Below are positions 24,617 through 36,310 of a stretch of 63,741 nucleotides of DNA, piece after piece. The stretch is from Octopus bimaculoides. Lineage: Eukaryota. The position numbers and the translations under genes were made by a program. The stretch lies in assembly GCF_001194135.2 (NCBI RefSeq), contig NC_068982.1:6508710-6572450 (forward strand), given 5' to 3'. The notes beneath the pieces were generated by a model, which saw nothing but the letters and a program-made list of their open reading frames with translations, ran no database searches and was not told where the DNA came from. Position 1 is the stretch's first letter; each line of letters starts with the position of its first letter.

Positions 24617-24993
24617 CAATAAAAACAGAATCTCACTGTTTGTTTTAAGTATAATCAAGATCTGTAGATTTTTGAGCAAAATGTCTTTTCTTCATATTAG
24701 ATTATTTCGTAGTTCTACAACATGACCAAATTCCCTAATACTCAAAATATACTCCGTTATATATATCTCCTGTTATAGTAAATATTTATCAAAACTAAAC
24801 TTTATTCCAAATAATTATCTCTTTTGTACTGAAGCATTTGTCAGTTTCTCTAATCTACACCAATTTATATTCCTTATTCCTATCTTTTATGAAATTTTGA
24901 TCTTTCCAAACTTACAAGATTTCTTTCTGATTTCCAGAACAAATTGTCAATAATGCTGGTGATATCTGTCAACATATACATAAATAGCACTTC

Positions 24994-25600
24994 NNNNNNN
25001 NNNNNNNNNNNNNNNNNNNNNNNNNNNNNNNNNNNNNNNNNNNNNNNNNNNNNNNNNNNNNNNNNNNNNNNNNNNNNNNNNNNNNNNNNNNNNNNNNNNN
25101 NNNNNNNNNNNNNNNNNNNNNNNNNNNNNNNNNNNNNNNNNNNNNNNNNNNNNNNNNNNNNNNNNNNNNNNNNNNNNNNNNNNNNNNNNNNNNNNNNNNN
25201 NNNNNNNNNNNNNNNNNNNNNNNNNNNNNNNNNNNNNNNNNNNNNNNNNNNNNNNNNNNNNNNNNNNNNNNNNNNNNNNNNNNNNNNNNNNNNNNNNNNN
25301 NNNNNNNNNNNNNNNNNNNNNNNNNNNNNNNNNNNNNNNNNNNNNNNNNNNNNNNNNNNNNNNNNNNNNNNNNNNNNNNNNNNNNNNNNNNNNNNNNNNN
25401 NNNNNNNNNNNNNNNNNNNNNNNNNNNNNNNNNNNNNNNNNNNNNNNNNNNNNNNNNNNNNNNNNNNNNNNNNNNNNNNNNNNNNNNNNNNNNNNNNNNN
25501 NNNNNNNNNNNNNNNNNNNNNNNNNNNNNNNNNNNNNNNNNNNNNNNNNNNNNNNNNNNNNNNNNNNNNNNNNNNNNNNNNNNNNNNNNNNNNNNNNNNN
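24994..25600. other. Assembly gap
   Basis: N run; 76 bp duplicated on both sides. Confidence 1.
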
Positions 25601-25684
25601 GATTTCTTTCTGATTTCCAGAACAAATTGTCAATAATGCTGGTGATATCTGTCAACATATACATAAATAGCACTTCACTTAATA

Positions 25685-25890
<206 letters not shown>

Positions 25891-26162
25891 ATCTCACAGG
25901 TATCTCTAGCAAATACTTTGTTACTTTTATTCACCTCACTACAAAATTTAGTCGGTTTTAATCTTTTCACTTTCCAATGGTTTGATTAGAAAGAAAGGAA
26001 TTCTATCCACGGTCTTTACAAGTCCATCAAGACTGGTGCAATCGATGTGGTTGCTGTACTTCTTAAACAACAGCAAGAATATCAAGGCAGGTTCTAGAGA
26101 ACTGGCTTTTTGAGAAAGAAGCCTAGGGAATAGCAATTAGTACAGAACATGCAGGTTACACA

Positions 26163-26440
26163 CATCAGCATCATCATCATCATTATTTAATGTCCGTTTT
26201 CCATGTTGGTACGGGTTGGGCGGTGTGAAGCTGACCAGCTGAAGGACTGTTCAGGCTCCATGTCTGTTTTGGCATGGTTTCTATGGCTGGATGCCCTTCC
26301 TAATGCCAACCACTTTACAGAGTTTACTGGGCACTTTTACATTGCACCAGTATGGGTGCTTTTTACACAGCACCAGCTCTTATGAACCCACAAGATTAGG
26401 GATGCTCAGCAGATAGGGTTGCAGGGGACAATGAGAGGGA
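26163..26440 (-). mobile_element. Family C variant
   Basis: (CAT)n tail and GGCTGGATGCCCTTCCTAATGCCAACCACT core. Confidence 0.8.
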
Positions 26441-26482
26441 AAGAAAGAAATTGATTTGTTCTGGGTATATATATAATTATTT

Positions 26483-26712
26483 CTTTATTGCTCACAGGGA
26501 GCTAAACATAGAGGGGACAAGCAAGGACAGACAAAGGGATGAAGTCAATTACATCGACCCCAGTGCGTAACTGGTACTTATTTCATCAACCCCAAAAGGA
26601 TGAAAGGCAAAGTCGACCTCAGCTGAATTTGAACTTAGAACGTAACTCAGATGAAATACCACTAAGCATTTCACCCTGTGTGCTAACGCTTCTGCCAGCT
26701 CACCGCCTTGGG
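26483..26712 (-). mobile_element. SINE family B, full length
   Basis: reverse of GGCGGTGAGCTGGCAGAAGCGTTAGC..GTTCAAATTC..TTTAGCTCCCTG. Confidence 0.9.
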
Positions 26713-27544
26713 TATATATATATATAATGAAACCATCTAGTTCCATGGAATAGAGAGAACTTTCTAGAAACAGTAGACAATAGAGTGAGGAAATAGCATG
26801 TCTGGACCAACAGTGATCAATAACTAATTATCATTAAAGAAAACAATATTAGAGAAAAAGTGGTCCTTCAAAGACTGTAAAATTTATAACACAATCCACA
26901 TTTTTTTCTGCGTTTCCCATATCCTATATATACTTAGTACTTGCAACCCAGTCACAGCGTGGAAAGATTTATAGCAATTCTCGGGGATCAAAACAAAAAT
27001 TAATATATACTTTCTTTGAATGCATAACTTTTGGTATTTGGATTTGTTTAGAGTGCAGTGGAAAGTAGAATCTGTAGATCACAATTTTCAGAATGCAATT
27101 TAGTTTCATGACAAATGTGTCAGTGGAAATTTCACGACCTTATCCTATATACAGCTAAATACAAAATAAACACTTGGGAAGAAAAACAAAAAGAAAAAAA
27201 AAGAAAGAAAGAAAGGGCTTTGTTGTTTTGAATTCCATCCTTTGTATTTGCAATACATTCTTCTGTCACTAGCTATTAGAAATTCTTCTCATATAAGTGT
27301 CCAGTCTACAAATATAAGAAATTCTCTGATCTCTAAGTATGACAAAAACAAATGAGTGAAAATATTTCTTCCCAAAAATATTGAAACAAGCATAGAAAAA
27401 AGGTTCTTTTTTCTCTAGACCAGAGAACTAGTTACCATCAATGATAATAAAAGATATAAAAATAACATTCTCCTATGATATTTTTGAAACATTTTCTCCT
27501 CTTTCAGCATATGATCACACCAAATCCTGGATGACCATCCACCA

Positions 27545-28263
27545 AAATGTGAAGGATACCTCTATACATTAAATGACCCTAAAATTCTTCCACCTCCCAA
27601 CCAGCAGTAAGACCATAACCCGTGGTGGCCAGCCCACTTATGCGTACCTTTCCTTCTTTGGACACAAAACCCTGCTTGCAAAGACCTGTTGAGGCAAGTG
27701 AAATCAAAATCGAAATTGAACCAAATTTGATGACTGGCACCCATGCCAACCTTCCCTCATCGGACACTAAACTCAGCATGTAAAGACCTGTTGGTGCAAG
27801 TGAGATCGAAACTGAACCAAATTTGATGACTGGCACCCGTGCCAGTGGAGTGCTAACAGCACCATCTGAGAGGGATCACTGCCAGAGCAGCAGTCTCAGT
27901 CCTGTGCCGGTGGCAGGTAAAAAGCACCATTTAAGCACAGTTGTTTCCAGCTTCGCCTTACTGGCACTTGTGCCAGTCGCATGTGAACAAAACATTGGCT
28001 GACTCCTGTGCAGGTGGCACATAAAAAAAACATTTGAGAGTGGCCGTTACCAGTACCACCGGACTGGCTTTCGTGCCGGTGGCACGTAACAAGCACCCAC
28101 TACACTCTCGGAGTGGTTGGCATTAGGAAGGGCATCCAGTTGTAGAAACTCTGTCAGATCAGATTGGAGCCTAGTATAGCGATCCGCTTTGCCAGTCCCC
28201 AGTCAAATCGGCCAACCTATGCTAGCATGGAGGGCGGACGTTAAATGATGATGATGATGATGA
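27545..28263 (+). mobile_element. Family C with a long 3' UTR
   Basis: two ~100-bp direct repeats (AAAGACCTGTTG..ATTTGATGACTGGCACCC), ~4 hairpin units, core and tail. Confidence 0.85.
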
Positions 28264-28646
28264 TACACTCTACATACACATAGAAATATAAAGGCATATG
28301 ACCAAATGTTTTGGAATGTTGGACACACTATTGTTCGGTTGATTCTTGGATCAGCTAGTGAATTGTGTCCTTGACGAAGGCATTTTAATTGATGTTACTG
28401 AAAATGACAATATGGTTTACAATATGATTGGCTGTAATTCACTCTGCTAACTTAATGCGTTGAAAACCCAGGTTAGCCTGTAAGCCTAAAGCAAACCATA
28501 ATATTATTTCATAATAATGTAATATTTCTGTTGTCATTAAGGAATGCATTAGAGCAAGAAATAACTTGCAGAAATCTGAGATCTGGTTCCAATTATTGGT
28601 TCAAACATCTTCATTTTGTGTTGCTAATGTCTTTGAAATATATATA

Positions 28647-28679
<33 letters not shown>

Positions 28680-30242
28680 ATTAAACCATTCCATTCTTCT
28701 TCTTCTTCTAAGAATATAAATTCTATATCTAGTGAGAAAAGATATATTTCTTGTGTTGATAATTTCTGCAACTGAACAATAAGTAATTGTGTACACTCCC
28801 CCAGGGATGTCTTGGTTCATCATTCTCATTTCACAGACTTTTTCGAAATGATTATTTTCACCATAGAAAATAAAAATTTCCTTTTCTAAACCAATTTCAA
28901 AATTCTGGCAAATCAGCCTTCTTTCATGTGAAATTTCTCTGTAGTTTGCTTCATAAGCTTTAATTAGCATTCTCTGCTATTTATTCTTGTTTTATATTTA
29001 TTTTCTTAATTTATTTATTCAACATATGTCACACATTACATTGCAATGCAACACACACACACACACACAATGTACACATCTCTGATCCTATCATAATAAT
29101 AAAAATATTCTATGGAAAAAAATTAAAGAAAGAGACATTCATTTATGTTTTTTTTTAATAAAAATATTTATTCCAAACATAATTCAGAATTTCTTTTCCA
29201 TTAATTGAGTTGTTTCATCAGGATTCCATCTTCATTTCTCATCTCTTTGAAGTTCTGAATAAAGAAAATGAAATTCTGAAATAGGGATTTAGTTTTCCAT
29301 TGCAAGGACATTAGTAAGCCCAGGTATATGACAACATTATTTGCTCCTTTGTTTTTGGTTTTTGTTTTTGTTTTTTTCACTTTTTTAATGTGGATCCACT
29401 TTTAATAGTTTCTATAATGGAATTCTTTCCATGTCTTCAGATTGTACAATTATAACCTCAGAAATCAATAGTTCTTTTAATCTTCTTGATTAGCAGAACT
29501 TTGATGTTATGTACGTTTTGAATGTTTAAAAGACAAAAAAAAAAAAAAAAAAAAGAGAACATACCCATTACTTCATCATACTTTACCATGTTTTTCTTGA
29601 GAACAATAAGCATTCTTCAGACAGATTTGGCTAACTTTATTGATTTCTTGGAAGATTTTATGTGAATATGTTTATGTATGTGCTTGTATGCTTGCACATG
29701 TGTAAAGAAATAAAAGTATATAAGGAATACATCTCCAAGAATTGAAGAATATCTGAGAATATATGATGGTGCTCCCATTATTCATTTACATGACTTCCAG
29801 AAGTCCAGTTTTCACTAGCATAATATCAATTGCTGCTTTCTTCCTTTGTGCTGCAATTATGAAATCAAAGGAGTTACCTTAATTCTTTTAAGAGAAATGT
29901 TTCTAGATCACATCATCTCAACTGTGTAGTTTAGCTTATCAGGTGAGCATCATTTTCTATAGAAAATATTCATGGTCAATGGCAGGAATACGTATTTGCA
30001 ATACTCTTCCACAAAAACAATCTAGGCCTTTCTAAGCTTCAAGCAATATTTTTAGTGTATAAAACAATCCCAAATTTTAGGCCTTTCAGAGTAATTTTAT
30101 GTGTCAGGATACAGTTTTTGCATTACATATTTTTCTATGCTTCTTGTTGTATCAAGACATTGAAGATGCAACATATGCAGAGCTACTAAAAAGTTCTTGG
30201 TTTTGGATAAAAGAAAATACAGGAGATCATTTGATAATGATT

Positions 30243-30420
30243 TTATTCAACATATTCCCCTCTCAGATTCACACACTTATTGCAGCAGTCCTTAAGTTTT
30301 TCTAAGCCTTGTAAAAGAACTCAGAAGGTTGGGCCTCCAACCAGGCCTTTCATGATATCCTTAAAGCATCACCTTGTATGAAGGTTTTATTTGATCTTAA
30401 GAACAGGCTGACTTGAGTTA
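30243..30420 (-). pseudogene. mariner-type transposase C-terminal relic
   Basis: minus strand WLEAQPSEFFY / GLEKLKDCCNKCVNLRGEYVE* (one frameshift) resembles the mariner C-terminal W..Q..EFF..G..KL..KC...GEYVE motif. Confidence 0.65.
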
Positions 30421-30889
30421 GTTTGGAAATTTATATGCTGTGGAAGGAAATGTTACAGCAGTGAATAAAGACAAGAAATACAGGACTGCAGTGAATGATG
30501 GATTAGAAATGTGATCACAACACTTTCAACTTTTAAAAGCTCGAATAAATTCAAGGAACATATTTACATTTGATGGATATTTGTCCTCATCTTGTCTGTT
30601 GTTAACACGTTTCGGCTGAAATACCCTCCAGACTTCATCGGATATGAGTAGCATATGTGAACCAGTATTAAAGAAGGATAGGAAAATATTAGACTTATAA
30701 ACCCTAAAATTCACTCCGTAATTGCCCATGGGCATATAGCGTAGAGGTTAAGAGTGCAGGCTACTAACCCCAAGATTCCGAGTTCGATTCCAAACAGTGA
30801 CCTGAATAATAACAATAATAATAATAATAATAACAACAACATCGGGGAAATATCTTAGGAATGAGAACCCAGGTTCGAAATTTCCCCAG

Positions 30890-30935
30890 GACACCTGATG
30901 AAGACTGGAGGGTATATCAGCCGAAACGTTGTGTT
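30890..30935 (+). ncRNA. Minimal type-I hammerhead ribozyme motif
   Basis: GACAC-CTGATGA-A-GACTG-GAGGGTATAT-CAGCC-GAAAC-GTT-GTGTT; all core nucleotides intact, one stem II mismatch. Confidence 0.8.
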
Positions 30936-31176
30936 AGCAACAAACGAGATGAGGACAAATATCTGCCAAATGTAAATAATGTACATACAGGGGTTGGACA
31001 AAATAATGGAAACACCTAGTATCATAGCATCATAATTTTGAAATATCTATAAAACCATCAAAAGTTTGTTTATTTTTATGTTTTTTGATTTATTATTAGT
31101 GTTGCTTAATACGTTTTGCTAAAATTGCTGTTTCTTTTAAGATGTCATCAGAAAATGGTAATTAAAATTCATTAAA

Positions 31177-32200
31177 ATGACAGATTTATCGAACTTTCAA
31201 AGAGGTCAAATTGTTAGTGCTCGTATGGCAGGCGCTAGTGTAACAAAAACAGCCAAAATGTTTGGTGTATCAAGAAGTACTGTCTCAAAAGTAATGACAG
31301 CTTTTGAGAAAGAGGGAAAACCTTCTTGTCGACACAAAACTCCGGAAGAAAACCCAAGCTTTCAGATAGGGACCATCAGACTCTTACATGAATTGTTAGA
31401 AAGGATCACAAAAGTACAGCTCCCAAAATCACTGCAAAGCTTAATGACCACCTCGAGAGCCCAGTTTCCACAAAAACTGTCTGCTGGAAGCTGCACAAAG
31501 CTGGATTTCACAGGAGGGCTGCAATCAGAAAACCACTACTTTCAAAAACAAACATTGCAAAGCATTTAGAGTGGAGTAAAAGCCTACAGAATTGGTCCCT
31601 AGAGAAGTGGAAGAATGTTATTTTCTTGAACAAGTCATCCTTTACCCTATTTCCAACCACTGGCCAAGTATACATGTAGAGACATCCAGAAGAAGCATTT
31701 GATCCAGACTCTAGTCTTCTAAGTGTTAAACATGGAGGAGGATCTGTAATGATCTGGGGGGCTGTATCTTGGAAATCCACAGGGCCAATGGTTTTCCTTC
31801 ATGGCAGAATTAATAGTCAAGACTGTTTAAGCATTTTATCTAATCAAATTCATTCTATGGTTGTAGAACTGAGGGTAACACAATCTTTCAGTATGATAAT
31901 GCACCAATTCACACAGCTAAAGTTGGTATTGAATGGCACGAGGAACATTCTAGTGAAGTTGAACATCTTATCTGGCCACCACAGTCCCCAGATCTCAATA
32001 TTATTGAACATTTATGGTGCATTTTAGAAAAAACAAGTAAGGAGTCGATATCCTCCACCATCATCACTACAAGAACTGGAGACTGTTTTAGATGAAGAAT
32101 GGACAACAATTCCTTCGGAAACAATTCAAACTTTGAGCAAGTCCATACCTCATAGGAATTCAAGCTGTAATTACTGCCAAAGATGGTTCTACCCCATATT
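31177..32200 (+). pseudogene. Tc1 DD34E transposase, frameshifted
   Basis: HTH MTDLSNFQRGQIV..VSRSTVSKV; VKHGGGSVMIWGA; DNAPIH..WPPQSPDLNIIEHLW, spread over several frames. Confidence 0.95.
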
Positions 32201-32618
32201 ACTCTTTTACTTTTTTAACTTGTTTCAGTCATTTGACTGTGGCCATGCTGGAGCACCGCCTTTAGTCGAGCAAATCGACCCCAGGACTTATTCTTTGTAA
32301 GCCTAGTACTTATTCTATCGGGGTCTTTTGCCAAACTGCTAAGTTACAGGGACGTAAACACACCACAATTAGTTGTCAAGCAATGTTTGGGGGGACAAAC
32401 ATATACACACATATACACACATATACACATATATATATATATACATATATATGATGGGCTTCTGTCAGCTTCCAACTACCAAATCCATTCACAACACTTT
32501 GGTCGGCCCGAGGCTGTAGTAGAAGACACTTGCCCAAGGGTGCCACGTAGTGGAACTGAACCCGGAACCATGTGGTTGGTAAGCAAGCTACTTACCACAC
32601 AGCTACTCCTGCGCCTAT
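32201..32618 (-). mobile_element. SINE family A inserted in the Tc1
   Basis: full-length copy flanked by ATATT on both sides. Confidence 0.92.
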
Positions 32619-33164
32619 ATTAAAATTAATTTATTTGAAATCTTAAGGTGTTTCCATTATTTTGTCCAACCCCTGTAATTCCTCATCTCTCAAATATAGA
32701 ATTGAAACTTAAGGAAGGTTGGCTGCTATTATTTTCAGTTTGGGCATCAGCAATGGAGACCTATGTCATTAATGACTATAATTTGTTGAAGACCTAACGA
32801 TATATTTAGAATAGAGCTGGAGATGGTTTTGCTATATCAAAGGAAGTTTTCATATTAGTAATATGATATTACCGAATTACAATAGGAACATTCACATTTC
32901 TCATTTCCTGTCTTTTCCAGTTACCATGGTTACTGTATTCAGAAATCACTTTATACCAAGAGTGAAAAGTTATAACCTGTCATTGTTTAGCTTCTCAAAT
33001 GCTTAAAAGAAAAGATTTTGAGATCATAGATTGTGAACCAACTGTTATTTCATGTGTTTTTGATTTTATATTTTTGTATTTAAGCAGGGAGAAGGCACTA
33101 TGAAAAAAAAAACAAAAAAAAACAGAAAAAGAAAGCGTAAAGAAATTCAAGAAATCTCAGTATC

Positions 33165-33604
33165 TCTTATCTCTTATCTTTTACTTGTTTCAGTCATTTA
33201 GACTGCGGCCATGCTGGGGCAATGGCTTGAAAAATTTTTAGTCAAATGAGTCAACCCCTGAACCTTAGGGCCCCCTGGGACATTTTTTTTTTCAAGTGCT
33301 GTACTTTATCAGACCCTTTTGCCAAACCATTTAGTAATGGGGAAGTAAACACACCTGAACCAGTTGTCAAACAGTGGGATGGAGGTGGGAGAACAATCAC
33401 AGACCATTGAGACACATGCACACATAAATATATACACATATATACAATGGGCTTCTTTCAGTTTCCATCTATCAAATTCACTTACAAGGCTTTGGTCAGC
33501 CCAAAGCTATTGTAAAAGACACTTTCCCTAGATATACAATGGAACAGAATCCAGAACTATGAACTTGGGAAGCAAGCTTTGTACCACTCAGCCATGTCTG
33601 CTTG
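33165..33604 (-). mobile_element. SINE family A, decayed
   Basis: family A motifs in reverse. Confidence 0.8.
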
Positions 33605-34289
33605 TAAAATTATCCTCAAGATTTTTGCCCACATTGAAGAAGTATTAATTATTAAAACTAAGGAGTTTACATTCACTAAATAACCTCTCCCCATCTCTGT
33701 ATGTTTTCTTAGAGTTGAGGATGTTTCTAAGGTTATCATGTCAATGTTGTTGAGGTGTCTTTCAGAGCTGTATGTCCTTTTGCTAAAATAGTAGAGTATG
33801 AGATAAATAAAAGTTACCTACATTTTCTCATAGCTTGGGTAACAACTAAGAGGCTTCCTCACCAGACAGGCTGAACAAAAATGTGTCCAATGACTGAAAT
33901 GGCACTACAGCCATTTAAATTTTCTTCAACCTGAGATTTTTTATAGATTTTGCATTATCTAGATTTTGCGATGTACTTGTTTGGCAAGTGATTTTGACTT
34001 GCGGTTTTGTGTTGAAACGAATGCACTAGCTGTCATGACATCAATTTGACGAAATCTGCACCTGAGCGTAAAATTTGGCCATTGTACGAGCATGCACAAA
34101 AATGACCACAACACGGATTCACTACCAGACTCAGCTCATTTTTTCATCAAATTGGTCTTACCCATTAATATAGATTTCAATTTTTTGAAAAATGCTGAAA
34201 TTTGATGAAAAATATTTCATGGCTATCAACAGATATCTTATTAATGGTAATTTATTACCGTATACCTCAGCTAGTTGCCTAATAAACAG

Positions 34290-34503
34290 CTACTATTTTC
34301 TGACCAATTCTGATTCTGTAGTACAAATGTCTTGTTTTCATAAGTTTTGAATTAAAATCTTCGACCAAACATTAGTCACAATTTATGTTCTTAACAATAG
34401 CTGAGTGATAACTAAGTTAATTTACTAAATTCTTTGTTATATTTAAAATTAATTGAAAGAAACATAGAGCATCCCAACAGATGTGTGGTAATGAAAGGGT
34501 TAA
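34290..34503. mobile_element. TTAA MITE family 1, lacking its left end
   Basis: body matches 40217-40437; ends GAAAGGG-TTAA. Confidence 0.8.
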
Positions 34504-34530
34504 AATATATAATAGAGAAACAATTCTTAA

Positions 34531-35088
34531 CCCTTTTGATACCAACCCAGCTGAAACCGGCTCTGGCTCAGAGAACAAATGTCTTGTTTTCATAAATTTT
34601 GAATTAAAATCTTCCACCAAACATTAGTCACAATTTATGTTCTTAACACTAGCTGAATGATAATTAAGTTACATTATGTACATTTGACAGATATTTGTCC
34701 TCATCTTGTTTGTTGTTAACACTTTCAGCTGATATATCTTCCAGCCTTCATCAGGTGTCTTGGGGAAATTTCAAACCTTGGTTCTCACTCTTAAGGTATT
34801 TTTTGATGTTATTGTTATTATTATTATTCAGGTCAATGCCTGGAATCGAACTCAGAATCTTGGGGTTAGTAGCCTGTTCTCTTAACCACAACACCATATG
34901 CCAATGGGCATCTTGTTAGCAATAAACAAGATGAAGACAAATATCCATCAAATGTGAATAATGTACATAACTCTTCATCTCTTAAATATAGAACTGATAA
35001 CTAAGTTATTTTACTAAATTCTTTGTTATATTTAAAGTAATTGAAAGAAACACAGAGCATCTAAAAAAAAATACAGGAAACGAAAGGG
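34531..35088. mobile_element. TTAA MITE family 1, interrupted by family D
   Basis: TTAA-CCCTTTTGATAC ... AACGAAAGGG-TTAA. Confidence 0.85.
34672..34995 (-). mobile_element. Family D, inverted architecture with 13-bp TSD
   Basis: flanked by GATAATTAAGTTA (34659-34671) and GATAACTAAGTTA (34996-35008); the motif occurs once in the neighbouring empty MITE copy. Confidence 0.9.
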
Positions 35089-35764
35089 TTAAGGGAAGTG
35101 ACTCCTCCAAAACTAACAAAATAGCTTTGTAAATATAAGAGAATTGAAATTAGCTTTTATCAGTCAGACAGCCAAAATCAAGTTGTTAAAGTGATTGTTA
35201 ATGCTTTCTGAAGATGTTTTTAATTTGTTCTTGTCTAAATTGCAGTAAAAAAAAAAAAAAGAAAACAGTAAATGATAATAATCTGACTTTTCTGCTTACT
35301 CTGTTTTTTTTTTTACCATTATTTTTTAATGATTGTTATTATGCTGTAGAAAAAGTAGTTGCTAATGTTTAGATCTTACTTCATTCACTTTGATTCAAAA
35401 TTGTTTTCTAAACGTAAAATCGTTATAACAGTGTTTCCATTAATTTCACAGCTATAAGAAATGTAATACTAATTTTCTTGTTTTTATTATTTATTTATTT
35501 CTTGTGATACATTTCTTTTTCAAAATTTTGATGCTGACTTGACAAATTTCATGGATAAATCTTGATAAGATTTGCATTAGTTTATTCTGAGACAGTAATC
35601 AAACTGCTGTACAGTAGAATTACATTGCTAGAGTCGTTCAAGATTACTCAGTAACCAATTCAACAGGACATAATTAGAAGAAACTGTATTGAATTCTTAA
35701 ATATTTATGTGATGATCATTATGTGGTTTACAACTTTCTTTCAATCGTAGGGAAATATTAATGT

Positions 35765-36310
35765 ATTTACATTATTTACATTTGACAGATATTTGTCCTC
35801 ATCTTGTTTGTTGTTAACACAACGTTTCAGCTGATATACCCTCCAGCCTTCATCAGGTGTCTTGGGGAAATTTCGAACCTGGGTTCTCATTATTATTTTA
35901 CAAATAATAATAATGATAATAATAATAATAAGGGGCTGAAAATGTGAAACACATAGGGGCTGAAATAAGGGTGGAGCACTTGCAGAAAACAGCACTGCTT
36001 GGAACCACTCTAATACTCCGGAAGGTGCTCGAAAAATAAGAGGTGTTACTTTATTTCAGTGGTAGTGAACAGCTGACATCGTAGTACATCTCCAGTGTAA
36101 GAAGTTGTGCAAAGCAATGATGATAATAATAATAATAACATCGAAAAATACCTTAAGAATAAGAACCCAGGTTCGAAATTTCCCCAAGACACCTGATGAA
36201 GGCTGGAGGGTACATCAGCCAAAACGTTGTGTTAACAACAAACAAGATGAGGACAAATATCCGTTAAATGTAAATAATCTACATAATTCTTCATCTCTTA
36301 AATATAGAAC
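35765..36310 (+). mobile_element. Family D inverted pair enclosing an R4/Dong fragment
   Basis: minus partial at 35765-35892 (hammerhead 35816-35861); plus part at 36120-36310 (hammerhead 36188-36233, GAAA mutated to AAAA). Confidence 0.85.
35931..36125 (+). mobile_element. R4/Dong-clade non-LTR retrotransposon 3' fragment
   Basis: KHIGAEIRVEHLQKTALLGTTLILRKVLEK* plus a short 3' UTR, flanked by (AAT)n. Confidence 0.8.

Larger units (their letters stand above)
30988..32675 (+). mobile_element. Tc1-family DNA transposon, full length and decayed
   Basis: perfect 29-bp TIRs CAGGGGTTGGACAAAATAATGGAAACACC, TA target duplication, transposase relic inside. Confidence 0.97.
30559..32704 (+). mobile_element. 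Family D (inverted partial plus full unit) split by a Tc1 insertion
   Basis: minus partial at 30559-30645, plus unit at 30731-30987, terminal 28 bp resuming at 32676; putative TSD AAATTCAAGGAA / AAACTTAAGGAA. Confidence 0.85.

Noticed and set aside
24918-25676. 76-bp exact direct repeat flanking the N run, and ORFs spanning it
   Set aside because: Identical sequence on both sides of a gap is the usual sign of unmerged overlapping contig ends; the ORFs consist of X.
28611-28970. 119-aa minus-strand ORF with protein-like composition
   Set aside because: No recognisable motif, runs into microsatellites, and has no convincing splice signals.
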